64,000 nt of DNA, from positions 320,115 to 384,114 of the forward strand of contig CAVVET010000029.1 of NCBI GenBank assembly GCA_963747215.1, in the 5' to 3' direction. The notes below the pieces were generated by a model, which worked only from the letters and a program-made list of their open reading frames with translations, did no database searches and was not told where the DNA came from. Shown here piece after piece: positions 19,730 through 28,534 of the stretch. A program made the translations under genes and the position numbers. The DNA comes from an uncultured Acidimicrobiales bacterium. GTDB lineage: Bacteria; Actinomycetota; Acidimicrobiia; Acidimicrobiales; DATKAS01. The first letter of the stretch is position 1. Each line of letters starts with the position of its first letter.

Positions 19730-19963
19730 TCAGGCAGTGCGCCGGCGCTGGCGGATGATCCGGCGCCGCTCCCGCTCGGTGGCGCCGCCCCAGATGCCTT
19801 CCTTCTCGCGATGCGTGATCGCGTGTTCGAGGCAGGACTGGCGGACGGTGCACTCGGCGCAGATGTTCTTTGCGGTCGCTTCCTCTTGCTCGGAGACGGG
19901 GTAGAAGACCTCGGGATCGAGGCCGCGGCAGGCGGCCTGATCGCGCCATGACGGGTTGCTCAA
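19730..19963 (-). CDS. WhiB-family Fe-S transcriptional regulator
   Basis: 77 aa. AACRGLDPEVFYP, CAECTVRQSC (four Cys), GIWGG turn, basic tail RRRIIRQRRR. Confidence 0.92.
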   Translation of the reverse strand: MSNPSWRDQAACRGLDPEVFYPVSEQEEATAKNICAECTVRQSCLEHAITHREKEGIWGGATERERRRIIRQRRRTA

Positions 19964-20074
19964 CGGGGGTTCTCTTCCGGAGGGGCCAGTTACGGGCCCC
20001 CGAAGGGGCCAAGGTCAATCTACGGGTTGATTTCCGCGTTCGGCCAACCCGAAACCGTGCGGTACCGAAGGTGC

Positions 20075-21094
20075 TCAGCGAGTGAGAAGTGACGTCAGGT
20101 TCAGGTCACGGCCAGCCGAGAACGCGCGGGCGAGGGTCGCCTCGGCATAGGCATCGGTGTAGGCGCTGCGCCGAGCGGACTCGCCGCCCATCCAGATCGG
20201 GGCCCGGAGGGCGAGGACCGCACCCAGCCCGTACCCGCGCTGTGCATCGTCAGCGTCGATGCCGAGGGTCGCGTGGTAACGCCCGAGCCAGGCCTCCTCC
20301 ATGTGCCTGCGCAAAGCGACGGGTACGCCCAGGATCACGAGCCAGGCAACGTCGAGCAGCCCGTTGCGAGCGGCGACCAGCTGCCAGTCGATGATCGCGA
20401 CCGCCGCCGAGGGGTGACCGAACATCAGGTTGGGACAGCCCGGGTCGCCGTGCGCGAGAGTCGACGGCAGCGCGGCCGCCTCGACGATGCACCGAGCGAG
20501 GTGCTCGGTGACGAGCTCCGCCAGCCTCACGTCGGCGGGACTGAGCCGTGACCCGAACCGGTCGAGGAAGCGCGGCAGGCGCTCCTCGAGATCAGCCGCC
20601 CATCGTGACGCTTCCGCGGGTGTCGATCGCCAGAGCCCGAGTGCATCGAGCTCGCCGCTCCCCCACCAGGCTGCGTGCATCGCGGCCATCGCGTCGAGCG
20701 CGTCGGAGGTCTCCGATGCGGAGAGCCCGACCGCGAACGACGCCGCGACCGCCGGAGCGAGATCCTCCATCAGGAGGAGCACAGGCGCCTCGTCGTCTGG
20801 AGCGATGTAGACGCACCCGGGCGTGCGCACCGGCACCCGCGCCGCGATGTCGCTGTAGAAGGCGAGCTCGCGTGCGTACATGCCGAACGCTTGTTGCCGG
20901 CTCCGCGTTACGGGATCGCTGTGGCCCTGCTTCGCGATCAGCGTGGAGCCGTCGTCGAGGTGGACACGGCTCAGAACCCCTGACACTCCCTGGTCGCGGA
21001 GCGGCTCGACGCGACATCGTGACACCGTCCGGCCGAGCGCGTTGCTCAGCCAATCCGGCGTCAGGACCTCAGCCGCCGATGGCGCCGCCCGCAT
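20075..21094 (-). CDS. phosphotransferase (APH/choline-kinase-like) family protein
   Basis: Catalytic loop HGDPGCPNLMF and IIDWQLV (DxD-type metal site), 339 aa intact. Confidence 0.7.
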   Translation of the reverse strand: MRAAPSAAEVLTPDWLSNALGRTVSRCRVEPLRDQGVSGVLSRVHLDDGSTLIAKQGHSDPVTRSRQQAFGMYARELAFYSDIAARVPVRTPGCVYIAPDDEAPVLLLMEDLAPAVAASFAVGLSASETSDALDAMAAMHAAWWGSGELDALGLWRSTPAEASRWAADLEERLPRFLDRFGSRLSPADVRLAELVTEHLARCIVEAAALPSTLAHGDPGCPNLMFGHPSAAVAIIDWQLVAARNGLLDVAWLVILGVPVALRRHMEEAWLGRYHATLGIDADDAQRGYGLGAVLALRAPIWMGGESARRSAYTDAYAEATLARAFSAGRDLNLTSLLTR

Positions 21095-21108
21095 CGACCG
21101 ATCCTAGG

Positions 21109-22763
21109 ATGACTCCCGTGGCGCTCCCCCCGTTCGATCGCCCGACCGCGCTCGAGCGTCTGGCCGCTGAGCACTTCGACGTGCTCGTCGTGGGCGGGGG
21201 CATCACCGGCGTCGGTGTCGCGCTCGATGCGGCGACACGAGGCCTGCGTACAGCGCTCGTCGAACGTCACGATTTCGCCGCGGGCACGTCGTCGAAGTCT
21301 TCGAAGCTCGTTCACGGCGGGCTGCGGTACCTCCAGCAGCGGGAGTACGCGCTCGTCTACGAGGGACTGGCCGAGCGCCAGCGGCTCCGCAAGACCGCGC
21401 CGCATCTCGTGCGGGTTCTGCCGTTCCTCATCCCGATCTTCTCGCGCGATGGCCTCATCAACCCGAAGGTCGCGGCGGGCCCTCGGCTCGGCGATGTGGA
21501 TGTACGACCTCACCGGGGGGCTGCGCATCGGCAAGCTGCACAAGCGACTGACCAAGGAAGCCGCGCTGGCGCACATGCCCACGATGCCGGCCGAGCGCCT
21601 TGCCTCCGCCTACCTGTACTACGACGCGCAAGCCGACGACGCCCGTCTCACGCTCACGATCGCCCGGACCGCGGCAGCCCACGGGGCCGCAGTCGCGAAC
21701 TACGCCGCCGTCCGTTCCCTCACGAAGGACGCCGACGGCAAGGTGGTGGGTGCCACGATCGCCGCTGACGGCGTCGAGATCGCGGTGCGCGCCCGAGTCG
21801 TCGTGAACGCGACAGGAGTGTGGGCCGACGAGCTGCGCGCGCTCGACGAGGGACGAGGCTCGGAGACGATCCGCCCGGCCAAGGGTATCCACATCACGAT
21901 TCCGTGGGCCAAGACCCAGAACGACGTCGCGGTCGTCATCCCCGTGCCGAAGGATCGGCGCTCGCTCTTCGTCGTTCCGTGGGGAGACCTCGCCTACGTC
22001 GGTACCACCGACACGGATTACGACGGCCCGCTCGACGATCCGCAGTGCACACCAGAGGACATCCAGTACGTCCTGCGTGCGCTCAACGCGTCGGTGACGA
22101 CCGGTGTCACCGAGGCGGACATCCTCGGGACCTGGGCCGGGCTGCGACCACTCGTGAAGGACGCCGTCAGCGCGAAGACCGCCGACCTCTCGCGCCGTCA
22201 TTCGGTGCACCGCTCCGCGAGTGGAGTCGTGACGATCACGGGCGGCAAGCTCACGACCTATCGGCGCATGGCGGCCGACACGGTCGACGAGGTGGCGGGC
22301 GTGCTCGAGGTACGGCGTCGCAGCTCGACGAAGCACGTGGTGCTGCTCGGAGGCGAGGACTTCGACCCAGACCGGTCGCGCGACCGGGCTCGACGCGCAC
22401 CTCGCGTCGCGGTACGGCACCGAGGCCACCGAAGTTGCGCGGCTCACGACGGCCGACGACGACCTCGCCCGCGCGCTCGTCCCCGGTCTGCCGTACATCC
22501 GCGCCGAGGCGGTGCACGCCGTGCGCCACGAGATGGCCCGAACGCTCGACGACGTGCTCAGCCGGCGCACTCGGGCCCGCCTGCTCGCCCGCGACGACGC
22601 GGGGCGGGCCGCGGACGAGGTGGCGGCGCTGATCGCGCCCGAGCTGGGCTGGTCGGAGGAGCAGCGGCTTCAACAGGTCGCCGACTTCCGCGAGGCGCTG
22701 ACCGCCGAGCGCACGTCGGCCGCGCTGCCGGAGACCGCGCTCGACGCGACGATCGGAGCGTGA
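21109..22763 (+). CDS. glpD: FAD-dependent glycerol-3-phosphate dehydrogenase; two frame changes
   Basis: DVLVVGGGITGVGVALDAATRG, GTSSKSSKLVHGGLRYL, GGKLTTYRRMA. Pieces lie in ORFs 20548..21768, 21215..22771 and 22512..22763. Frame changes at ~21475 (GG run) and ~22380. Confidence 0.88.
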
Positions 22764-22767
22764 GGCG

Positions 22768-24288
22768 GTGACGGCCGTCGGTGGGGAGCGTCCCTCCCCC
22801 GGCGCGCCGGTTGCCCCCATCGAGCTGGTCACAGACGGGGCAGTGCGTGCACGCATTCCCGCCCGGCGGGTCACGGTCGGCGACGCCACGCTCGGCCGGC
22901 TGCGAGATGCGTGCGCGTCGGTCACGGTCGACGAGCGCGCGGTCGCCGAGGCCAGCCGCGACTGGTGGCCGCTCGCGATGCAGTGGGCGCTCGAAGGTGC
23001 CGTGCCCGGGCTGGCGTCGGCGGTGGCAACCCCCCGCTCGGCGGAGGAGGTCGCCGCCGTTCTCGCGGTGTGCAATGCCGACCTCGTCCCCGTGACCGCG
23101 GCAGCCGGTCGCAGCGGGGTGTGCGGCGCCAGCGTTCCTGTCCACGGTGGCGTCGTCTTGGACCTGTGCGAGCTGTCAGGAGTCGTCGACGTCGACGACG
23201 AGTCGCTCGTGCTCGACGTGCGCCCGGGCACGTTCGGCGAACCGCTCGAAGCCGAGCTGCGCGCCACCTACGGCGCCACGCTCGGACACTGGCCGCAGTC
23301 GGTCGCGATCTCGACCGTCGGCGGCTGGCTCGCCTGTCGCGGCGCCGGCCAGCTGTCCACGCGATACGGGAAGATCGAGGACATGGTGGTCGGGCTGGAC
23401 GTCGCGCTCGCCGACGGGCGCCGCATCACCACCGGCGGAGCGCCTCGAGCGGCCGCCGGTCCCGACCTCACGCAGCTGTTCGTCGGATCGGAGGGCACGC
23501 TCGGCGTCATCACCGGTGCTCGTCTCCGACTGCATCCCGCACCGGCTGCAGAACGACGTGACGCGTGGACCTTCTCCACGTTCGTCGACGGCCTCGACGC
23601 ATGCCGCCGCATCCTGCGCCGCGGCGCGACGCCCGCGGTGCTTCGTCTCTACGACGACGTCGAGGCCAACCGCAGCTATCAGACCGGTGATCGTCACGTG
23701 CTCCTCGCCTACGACGAAGGTGACCCGACGCTGATCGACGCGGTGATGCGTGTCGTGGCCGAGGAGTGCGACTCCGCGGGCGGCGAACGAGGCGACGTCG
23801 GTCTCGTCGATCGGTGGTTCCACCATCGCAACGAGGTGAGCGCACTCGAGGCGCTCACCCGCCGCGGCATCGTGGTGGACACGATGGAGATCGCCGCACG
23901 GTGGCGCGACCTGCCGAAGATCTACGACGCGACGACGGCGGCGATCTCGGCCGTTCCGCACGCGGTGAACGCGACCGCGCACCAGTCGCACGCATACAGC
24001 GACGGCGCCTGTCTCTACTTCACGTTCGCGGGTCGGCCGCCGGCCGACGAGCGCGAGTCGTTCTACGTCGCCGCGTGGGATGCCGGCACCCGGGCCGTCC
24101 TCGAGAACGGCGGCGCGCTCTCCCACCACCACGGGGTGGGGCTGAACCGCAGCCGGTTCATGGCCGAAGCGCTCGGCGGCGCGTTCGACGTGCTCCGCTC
24201 GATCAAGCGAGCACTGGACCCGAACGGCATCCTCAATCCCGGCAAGCTCGGGCTCGACGGACCCTTCGGGGAGGTGCCGTGGCCATGA
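22768..24288 (+). CDS. FAD-linked oxidase (PCMH/FAD_binding_4 fold; GlcD/alkyl-DHAP-synthase-like)
   Basis: Intact 506 aa. VPVTAAAGRSGVCGASVPVHGGVVLDL, GPDLTQLFVGSEGTLGVIT, C-terminal HHHGVGLNR. Confidence 0.8.
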   Translation: MTAVGGERPSPGAPVAPIELVTDGAVRARIPARRVTVGDATLGRLRDACASVTVDERAVAEASRDWWPLAMQWALEGAVPGLASAVATPRSAEEVAAVLAVCNADLVPVTAAAGRSGVCGASVPVHGGVVLDLCELSGVVDVDDESLVLDVRPGTFGEPLEAELRATYGATLGHWPQSVAISTVGGWLACRGAGQLSTRYGKIEDMVVGLDVALADGRRITTGGAPRAAAGPDLTQLFVGSEGTLGVITGARLRLHPAPAAERRDAWTFSTFVDGLDACRRILRRGATPAVLRLYDDVEANRSYQTGDRHVLLAYDEGDPTLIDAVMRVVAEECDSAGGERGDVGLVDRWFHHRNEVSALEALTRRGIVVDTMEIAARWRDLPKIYDATTAAISAVPHAVNATAHQSHAYSDGACLYFTFAGRPPADERESFYVAAWDAGTRAVLENGGALSHHHGVGLNRSRFMAEALGGAFDVLRSIKRALDPNGILNPGKLGLDGPFGEVPWP

Positions 24289-24686
24289 GGATCGATTGGC
24301 CGGCGCTCTGGGCGGGGGTGATCGTGGCGGTCGTGATCTGCGTCCCTGCCGCACTGATCGGACAGGCCCTCGACGACGGTGGCGCGAACGACGATCCCTC
24401 GGGCGCGGCGCTGCTTCTCGTCTTCGTCGTGCTCGCGGGCCTCGTCATCGGTGCGGCAATCGCGGCGCAACGCCAGGACGTCGGCGCACCCCTCGTGCAC
24501 GGCATCGCGGCCGCGCTGGTGTCGTTCGCGCTCGTGCAGGGGATCGGCATCGTGCGGCAGCTCACGGTGAGCGAGGACATCTCGTGGGGCGGCGTGCTCT
24601 CGAGCGCGCTGCTCTCCATGGTCGCGGGCAGCGTCGGAGGGCTCATCGGCGCGCGGCTCCAGCGGCACGCGGGGCAGGAGCCGTGA
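24285..24686 (+). CDS. small integral membrane protein (133 aa)
   Basis: ATG 24285 overlaps the previous stop (ATGA). The hydrophobic stretches include ALWAGVIVAVVICVPAALIG, AALLLVFVVLAGLVIGAAIAA and ALLSMVAGSVGGLIGA. Confidence 0.55.
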   Translation: MRIDWPALWAGVIVAVVICVPAALIGQALDDGGANDDPSGAALLLVFVVLAGLVIGAAIAAQRQDVGAPLVHGIAAALVSFALVQGIGIVRQLTVSEDISWGGVLSSALLSMVAGSVGGLIGARLQRHAGQEP

Positions 24687-26129
24687 GCATCCTCGTCGTC
24701 GATGTCGGCACCAGCGGTGTGCGGGCCGCGATCGTGCGGCCGGACGCCACGGTCACGCACTCCCACTACCGCGCGGTGTTGCCGTCGTCGCCCTCGCCCG
24801 GCCTCGTCGAGTTCGACGCGCGCGTCATGGCCGACGCTGCGCTCGAGGTCGCGGCCGCCGCGCTCGCCGCAGGAGGACCAGTCGACGCGGTCGGCATCGC
24901 CAACCAGCGCGCCTCGACGATCCTGTGGGATCGCACGACCGGTCAGCCCGTCGGTCCGGGAATCGGCTGGCAAGACCTCCGCACGGCCGGTACGTGTCTC
25001 GTGCTCGCCGCCGAGGGCACGAAGTTCGCGCCCAACCAATCCGCGACGAAGCTCTCGTTCCTCCTCGACGCGGTCGACCCTGACCGCACCCGTGACGACC
25101 TCTGCTTCGGCACGGTCGACACGTGGATCGCGTGGAAGTTGAGCGCAGGCTCCGTCCACGTCACCGACCAATCGAACGCGGGCGTCACGGGTCTCGTCGC
25201 ACCATGACGGAAGCGGCTGGGACGATCACGTGCTCGACCTCCTGCGCATCCCACGGAGCGTGCTCCCGACGATCGTCGACTCGACCGGCGTGGTCGGTGA
25301 GGCCACCGCGCTCGATGGTGCGCCTCCGATCGCGGGCTTGGCCGGAGATCAGCAGGCGTCGCTGATCGGCCAAGGATGTGTGCGCCGCGGCCTGGCGAAG
25401 GCCACGTTCGGCACAGGGGGCATGCTCGACCTGTGCCTCGACGGTGAGCGGCCCTCGTTCGACCGACGCGGGCCGACCGGCTGCTTCCCGATCGTGGCGT
25501 GGCAACGCGACGGCGAGATCACGTGGGGCGTCGAAGCGATCATGCTGACCGCGGGAACGAACGTCGAGTGGCTGCGCGACGACCTCGGGGTGATCGCGAC
25601 CGCGGCGGAGTCACACGACGTCGCCTCCCAGTGCACCGACACTGATGGTGTCGTGTACGTCCCCGCGTTGCTCGGTCTCGGCACGCCCCGCTGGGACTAC
25701 GGCGCCCGCTCCGGGTTCTTCGGCCTGACGCGCGGCTCGACACGAGCCCATCTCGTGCGTGCCGTGCTCGAGGGCGTCGCCCATCGAGGGGCGGATCTCG
25801 TCGAGGCCGCGGAAGCCGACACGGGCCTCGCCATCGACCATCTGCGGGTGGATGGAGGCATGACCGAGAACCCGACGTTCCTCGCCGCGCTCGCAAACGC
25901 GTCGCAGCGTCCGATCGAGGTGTCTCCCGTCACCGAGGCCACGACGCTCGGCGCCGCGTTCCTCGCGGGCCTGGCGACCGGCACGTGGGCCGGCCTCGAT
26001 GACATCGCTGCCACGTGGCGACCCCGTACTGTCGTCGAGCCAGCAGCCAAGCTCGATCGACTCAAATGGCTCGAGGCCCGCAACCGAGTCGAGGGCTGGG
26101 TTGCGGAACTGTCAGCGCTCGACTTCTAG
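24683..26129 (+). CDS. second FGGY-family carbohydrate kinase (glycerol-kinase-like); one frame change
   Basis: ILVVDVGTSGVRAAIV, GIANQRASTILWD, FGTVDTWIAWKLS in ORF 24296..25207. Continues DGSGWDDHVLDLLRIP...GDQQASLIGQG...FGTGGM...VDGGMTEN in ORF 25230..26129. Frame change at ~25202. The GTG start overlaps the previous stop (GTGA). Confidence 0.82.
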
Positions 26130-26141
26130 AGTGCCCCGGCA

Positions 26142-26675
26142 ATGAAGGAGAGGCTGATGCCCCGACGTCGAGACCGAGCGTTCGCCGCAGGCGTCGCCTT
26201 GGTGCTCCTCGCGACGCTCTCAGCCTGCGGCGACGACCCGAGCGACGAGGGCGAGCCCGCCGGCGGGGGTACGACTGCGGCCGCTTCTGCGGAGGGGGAA
26301 AGCGAGAGCGCGGCGACCACCGCCGCCCCGGCGACCACCGAAGGTGCCGCGTCGACGAGTGCGGCCGCGAGCAGCACATCAACGGCGGGTACGAGCACGA
26401 CTGTGGACGAGGCGGGCGCCCCGCCCGAGGTGACGGTGATCGACTTCGCGTTCCTACCCGAAGAGCTGCAGGTCGCCGCGGGCACCGAAGTCATCTGGAC
26501 CAATAGAGACGACTTCGCGCACCGGATCGTCGCCACCGACTCGGAGAACCCGTTCCCGGGCGACGGCACGATCGACACCGGCGAGACCTACACCGTGACC
26601 TTCGCCGAGGCCGGCACCTATGAATACTTCTGTGGCATCCACAACTCGATGACCGGGAGCGTCGTCGTCACATGA
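26142..26675 (+). CDS. cupredoxin-like (type-1 copper) lipoprotein
   Basis: Lipobox LLATLSAC, a low-complexity Ala/Thr/Ser linker, then a cupredoxin end with Cu-ligand spacing ...FAHRIV...YEYFCGIHNSMTGSVVV (C-x2-H-x3-M). The start could be ATG 26156. Confidence 0.75.
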   Translation: MKERLMPRRRDRAFAAGVALVLLATLSACGDDPSDEGEPAGGGTTAAASAEGESESAATTAAPATTEGAASTSAAASSTSTAGTSTTVDEAGAPPEVTVIDFAFLPEELQVAAGTEVIWTNRDDFAHRIVATDSENPFPGDGTIDTGETYTVTFAEAGTYEYFCGIHNSMTGSVVVT

Positions 26676-27280
26676 GCACCGACATCTCACCTTCTCGACG
26701 TCATCTTCTCGTCGGGGCCGGCCTGGGGGCCGCGGCGCTCGCCGTCGGCGCGGTCCCCGTGTTGAGCGGCGTCGCCCACGCGCAGGAAGACAGCAACCTC
26801 TCCGGTGAGGATCTCGCGCTCACCCTCTTCCACCGATCGATGGAGCTCGCGTTCGTGGCCATCTACGACGAGGCGATCGACAAGGGGCTGCTCGACGACG
26901 AGCAGACCGCCCAAGCGGTGCAGTTCCGCACGCATCACAACGAACACGCTGCGTCGGCGACTGCGTTGAGCGGTATCGCCATCGGGCCGAACCAGGCGCT
27001 GATCTCCGACTTCACGAGGCAGGTGCGTGCGGCGAACACGGTCGACGCGCTCTTCGACGTGTTGTTCGAGCTCGAGTCGCGTGCCACTGCGACGTACCTG
27101 CAGGCGTGTGGCACCTACGAGCTTCCACGAGCGGCCGACCTGGCAGGGGCGATCCTGTCGGTGGAAGCGCAGCACGCGACGGTCATCGGGCAGGCGGCGA
27201 GCCTCCCGGTCGAGGAGTGGATCCCGTCCTTCGAGTCGGTCGTGGGTGCGTTCACCCCCGCCGAGTTCCCGGTGCTCTGA
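26672..27280 (+). CDS. exported ferritin-like domain protein (twin-arginine signal)
   Basis: SRRHLLVGAGLGAAALAV Tat-type leader. Helical E/H-rich pairs (FRTHHNEHAAS, ELESRATATYL, SVEAQHATV). The start overlaps the previous stop. Confidence 0.5.
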   Translation: MSTDISPSRRHLLVGAGLGAAALAVGAVPVLSGVAHAQEDSNLSGEDLALTLFHRSMELAFVAIYDEAIDKGLLDDEQTAQAVQFRTHHNEHAASATALSGIAIGPNQALISDFTRQVRAANTVDALFDVLFELESRATATYLQACGTYELPRAADLAGAILSVEAQHATVIGQAASLPVEEWIPSFESVVGAFTPAEFPVL

Positions 27281-28053
27281 TGGCGACCGAGTTCGGCATG
27301 TATCGAGATGAGCTGCGCCGCCAGATGCGCGAGGCCGAAGAGGCGCAACGCGAGTCGATGGGTCCGTGGCGCGACGCGCTGATGCGCTTCGCCTCCGGTG
27401 ATGGATCGATCGACCGACGCCGGCTGTTCGTGCTCGGGGGCGGCGGACTGCTCGCTGCCGCGGTGCTCGCCGCGTGCGGAGGCTCCGACCCCGAGCCTCA
27501 GATCCCGCAGGGCGGCGACGCGGTGCCGACCACGGTCACGGTCGAGCCGCCACCTGTCGACGACGTCACGCTGCTGCGCACGTCGTCGTCGCTCGAACAT
27601 CTCGCCATCGACGCGTACCAATCGGTGCTCGACATGGGGCTGTTGACGACGCCGGCGCTGATCGACGCGGTCGAGCTGTTCCAGCGCCAGCACCGCGAGC
27701 ACGCCGCGTTGTTCGAAGCGGCGACGACCGAGGCCGGTGGGCAGCCGTTCACGGAGGCAAACCCCAACCTGCAGGTCGGCTTCGTCGAGCCGAGCCTCGA
27801 GACGCTCACCGACGAGATCAGCGCGGTGAACTTCGCGCTCGAGCTCGAAGACACCGCGGGCGCGACCTATCAGGTGTTCGTGCCGATGTTCGCGACGCGT
27901 GAGCTGCGCCAGACCGTGCAGTCGGTCGGCGGCGTGGAGCGCCGGCACTCGGTGATCCTGACCGCCGTCATCCCCGACGAGGCGCTGTTCCCCTCGCCGT
28001 TCGGCATCGTCACGCTCGCCGTCGGCCCCGCCAGCTACATCCCGCCCGAGTAG
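27280..28053 (+). CDS. ferritin-like domain lipoprotein, paralog of the preceding gene
   Basis: ATG 27280 overlaps the TGA of the previous gene. RRRLFVLGGGGLLAAAVLAAC leader/lipobox. LEHLAIDAY, FQRQHREHAALF, LELEDTAGATY, GVERRHSVIL parallel the upstream protein. Confidence 0.5.
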   Translation: MATEFGMYRDELRRQMREAEEAQRESMGPWRDALMRFASGDGSIDRRRLFVLGGGGLLAAAVLAACGGSDPEPQIPQGGDAVPTTVTVEPPPVDDVTLLRTSSSLEHLAIDAYQSVLDMGLLTTPALIDAVELFQRQHREHAALFEAATTEAGGQPFTEANPNLQVGFVEPSLETLTDEISAVNFALELEDTAGATYQVFVPMFATRELRQTVQSVGGVERRHSVILTAVIPDEALFPSPFGIVTLAVGPASYIPPE

Positions 28054-28153
28054 CTGGGCGGACGGGCGCGCCGACGCCAGCCAGCCGCCAACTGGCACCG
28101 CAGCGGCCCTATAGGGGCCACGCCGGTGCAAGTTGACTGGCACACTGGGAAGC

Positions 28154-28532
<379 letters not shown>

Positions 28533-28534
28533 AC

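Noticed and set aside
28054-28153. Promoter for rnpB (TTGACT at 28132-28137) and a palindrome-like GGCCCTATAGGGGCC.
   Set aside because: TTGACT is too close (~20 nt) to the predicted mature 5' end to serve as a -35 box. No matching -10 was found at proper spacing and the palindrome is imperfect, so no call was made.
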